Below are positions 62,265-64,000 of a stretch of 64,000 nt of DNA, one piece after another. Both the position numbers and the translations under genes were made by a program. The stretch comes from Candidatus Moraniibacteriota bacterium (lineage in GTDB: Bacteria > Patescibacteriota > Minisyncoccia > Moranbacterales > UBA1568), in contig JAQTRS010000003.1 in assembly GCA_028711705.1 (NCBI GenBank), positions 109,966 through 173,965 on the forward strand, given 5' to 3'. The notes beneath the pieces are model-generated. The model was given only the letters and a program-made list of their open reading frames with translations. It did no database searches and had not been told where the DNA came from. Within the stretch, counting starts at the first letter, position 1. Each line of letters starts with the position of its first letter.

Positions 62265-62365
62265 TCGTTTTTGACTTTTTCTGTGTTTCATCGTATGCTA
62301 ACTACAGTAAATACAAGGAGGGTGAACAAGTCGCAGCTTGTTTGCTTTTTCTCTATCTTTTTCGT

Positions 62366-63928
62366 ATGAAGAATATCAAGAAGCCGGTAAAGAGGGTAGT
62401 GAAGAAGGTCGCGCCTAAGAAAATGGCTGTTTCGAGCCAGAAAAAAGCGACAAAAGGAAAAGTCGCCGCTTCGAAAAAAACCATCGCTCCCAAGAAGGTG
62501 CAAAAAACGAAAGCCGTGAAATCCGTCAAGAAAGTAATGAAAAAACCAGTAAAGAAAACACCTCATCCAAAAGCGAGGGTAGCGAAGCGCGCTTTGGCAA
62601 AAAAGTTTCCTGCGAAAAAGAAGGCCCTGGTTGTCGCTAAAAAGGCGGCACCGAAGAAGAAGGTTACTGTACCCACTCCGGTGAAAAAGGTGGCCAAGGT
62701 GACCAGGCAATTGCCTTTGAGCAAGCAGAAGCCTGAAGAAAAGGCGAAGCCTGCGGCGCATAAGGCTGCCGCACCGAAAGAAGTCAAGCCGAAAAAGGAA
62801 ACCATCCGCGAGCAGAAAGCCAATCAGAAGATGGATGCCATGGAAGAGCTGATGCTGCGAGGCAAGCAGCGCGGTTTCGTGACGGAGGATGAAATTATTC
62901 ACATCCTGCCGGAAGTGGAACAGGATTTGGACAATCTTGAAGACTTGTACGAGAAGCTTGAGGCATCGGGTATCCGCGTTGTCGGATCCGATGAGATGCT
63001 CAAGATCGAGACGGACAAACTTGGCAGCGAGTATGGCGAGAAGAAGCGCACCAAGGGACCGGATATGATGGTGGCGCACAGCAATGAGGAGAGCGACGAG
63101 TCGGCTGATCTGGTGCAGATCTATTTGAAGGAAATCGGACGTGTCGCGCTCTTGAAGGGCGATGAGGAGGTGAAACTCGCGAAGCTTATTGAGAAGGGAG
63201 ATTTGGCCGCCAAGCAGAAGCTGACCGAAGCCAACCTGCGATTGGTGGTGAGTATCGCCAAAAAATATGTGGGACGCTCGCACAACCTTTCGCTCCTCGA
63301 CCTGATTCAGGAGGGCAACATCGGTTTGTTCCGCGCTGTGGAAAAATTCGATTACCGCAAGGGATACAAATTCTCGACCTATGCGACCTGGTGGATCCGT
63401 CAGGCGATCACCCGTGCCTTGGCTGATCAGGCCCGCACTATCCGTATCCCGGTGCATATGGTGGAAACGATCAACAAGTATTCGCAGGTGATGCGTCGCC
63501 TCGTGCAGGATTTGGGGCGCGAGCCGTTGCCGGAGGAGATCGCCGTCGAGATGGACCTGGAAGTCGACAAAGTGCGGCACATCCAGAAAATTTCGCAGGA
63601 AACCGTGTCGCTGGAGACATCCGTGGGCGACAGCGATGACGACAGCGTTTTGGGAGACTTCATCGAGGATACCGAGACGGTGATGCCGCATCAGGCAGCC
63701 GCTCGCAAGCTCTTGAAGGAACACATCGCCGGCGTTTTGAGCGAACTGACCCCGCGCGAGCAGAAGATTCTCAAGATCCGCTTCGGATTGGAGGATGGCG
63801 TGACGCATACCTTGGAAGAGGTGGGACAGGAATTCGGCGTGACCCGCGAGCGTATCCGCCAGATCGAGGCCAAAGCCTTGGACAAGATCCGCGAACACGA
63901 CGTGGTCAAGAAACTGCGCGATTACTAG
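62366..63928 (+). CDS. rpoD: RNA polymerase primary sigma factor with long Lys-rich N-terminal extension
   Basis: [54 protein letters not shown]...[10 protein letters not shown]. Confidence 0.97.
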   Translation: MKNIKKPVKRVVKKVAPKKMAVSSQKKATKGKVAASKKTIAPKKVQKTKAVKSVKKVMKKPVKKTPHPKARVAKRALAKKFPAKKKALVVAKKAAPKKKVTVPTPVKKVAKVTRQLPLSKQKPEEKAKPAAHKAAAPKEVKPKKETIREQKANQKMDAMEELMLRGKQRGFVTEDEIIHILPEVEQDLDNLEDLYEKLEASGIRVVGSDEMLKIETDKLGSEYGEKKRTKGPDMMVAHSNEESDESADLVQIYLKEIGRVALLKGDEEVKLAKLIEKGDLAAKQKLTEANLRLVVSIAKKYVGRSHNLSLLDLIQEGNIGLFRAVEKFDYRKGYKFSTYATWWIRQAITRALADQARTIRIPVHMVETINKYSQVMRRLVQDLGREPLPEEIAVEMDLEVDKVRHIQKISQETVSLETSVGDSDDDSVLGDFIEDTETVMPHQAAARKLLKEHIAGVLSELTPREQKILKIRFGLEDGVTHTLEEVGQEFGVTRERIRQIEAKALDKIREHDVVKKLRDY

Positions 63929-63935
63929 GGATATC

Positions 63936-63962
63936 AAAATCCCCTAAAAAGGGGATTTTTTG
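63936..63962 (+). terminator. Intrinsic terminator after rpoD
   Basis: AAAATCCCCT-AAAA-AGGGGATTTT then TT. Confidence 0.85.
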
Positions 63963-64000
63963 TAATATCGAAAATTGAGAATGCTTCAAAGTGTGGTTTT

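Noticed and set aside
13541-63937. Long antisense ORFs such as 13541..14548, 15584..16705, 22682..24592, 36520..37503, 50547..52025, 52209..53444, 60336..61637 and 62288..63937
   Set aside because: They mirror conserved genes (tig, gpmI, kinase, DUF475, ATPase, dnaG, rpoD) and have the composition of shadow frames caused by codon bias; 50547..52025 also runs through tRNA-Gly.
1-64000. CRISPR array, diversity-generating retroelement, prophage or IS element
   Set aside because: No regularly spaced repeats and no cas, reverse transcriptase, integrase, transposase or capsid genes were seen. The 227-bp pilin repeat has no mismatches, so it lacks the adenine-specific differences of a TR/VR pair.

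Overview
Bacterial chromosomal window with the hallmarks of a Patescibacteria/CPR (Parcubacteria-like) genome. The assignment is inferred from DUF4012, DUF4446 and DUF475 genes, VirB2-like pilin arrays, an N-terminally short ThrS and few Shine-Dalgarno sites. Housekeeping genes (ccdA, nusA, ppa, tig, clpP, gpmI, rny, hup, thrS, pyrF-like, dnaG, rpoD) and three tRNAs (Ser-CGA, Pro-TGG, Gly-TCC) frame two accessory blocks. Block 1 (3.7-8.9 kb) is an array of seven TrbC/VirB2-type pilin genes. It includes a pilin fused to a lytic-transglycosylase-like domain and two pilins with different N-termini but an identical 227-bp C-terminal region. Block 2 (about 20.0-50.9 kb) lies entirely on the + strand between inward-facing tRNA-Pro and tRNA-Gly. 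It starts with a signalling module: flavin reductase, kinase-less CHASE4-HAMP-PAS sensor, flavin-reductase-PAS-PAS-histidine kinase fusion, a stand-alone BioF/CqsA-family PLP enzyme behind a structured leader, a 7TM kinase and a single-domain receiver. This runs directly into a type IV pilus operon, a WxL/DUF916-like cassette and a 1924-aa tail-spike-like adhesin. Non-coding signals include a 6S-RNA-like element before rny, two other structured leaders, a three-copy hairpin family with a conserved GAGTAC loop, boxA-like motifs and a 39-bp duplication of the tRNA-Ser 5' end. No CRISPR array, integrase, transposase or reverse transcriptase was seen. All family calls are from motif recognition by eye, not database searches.
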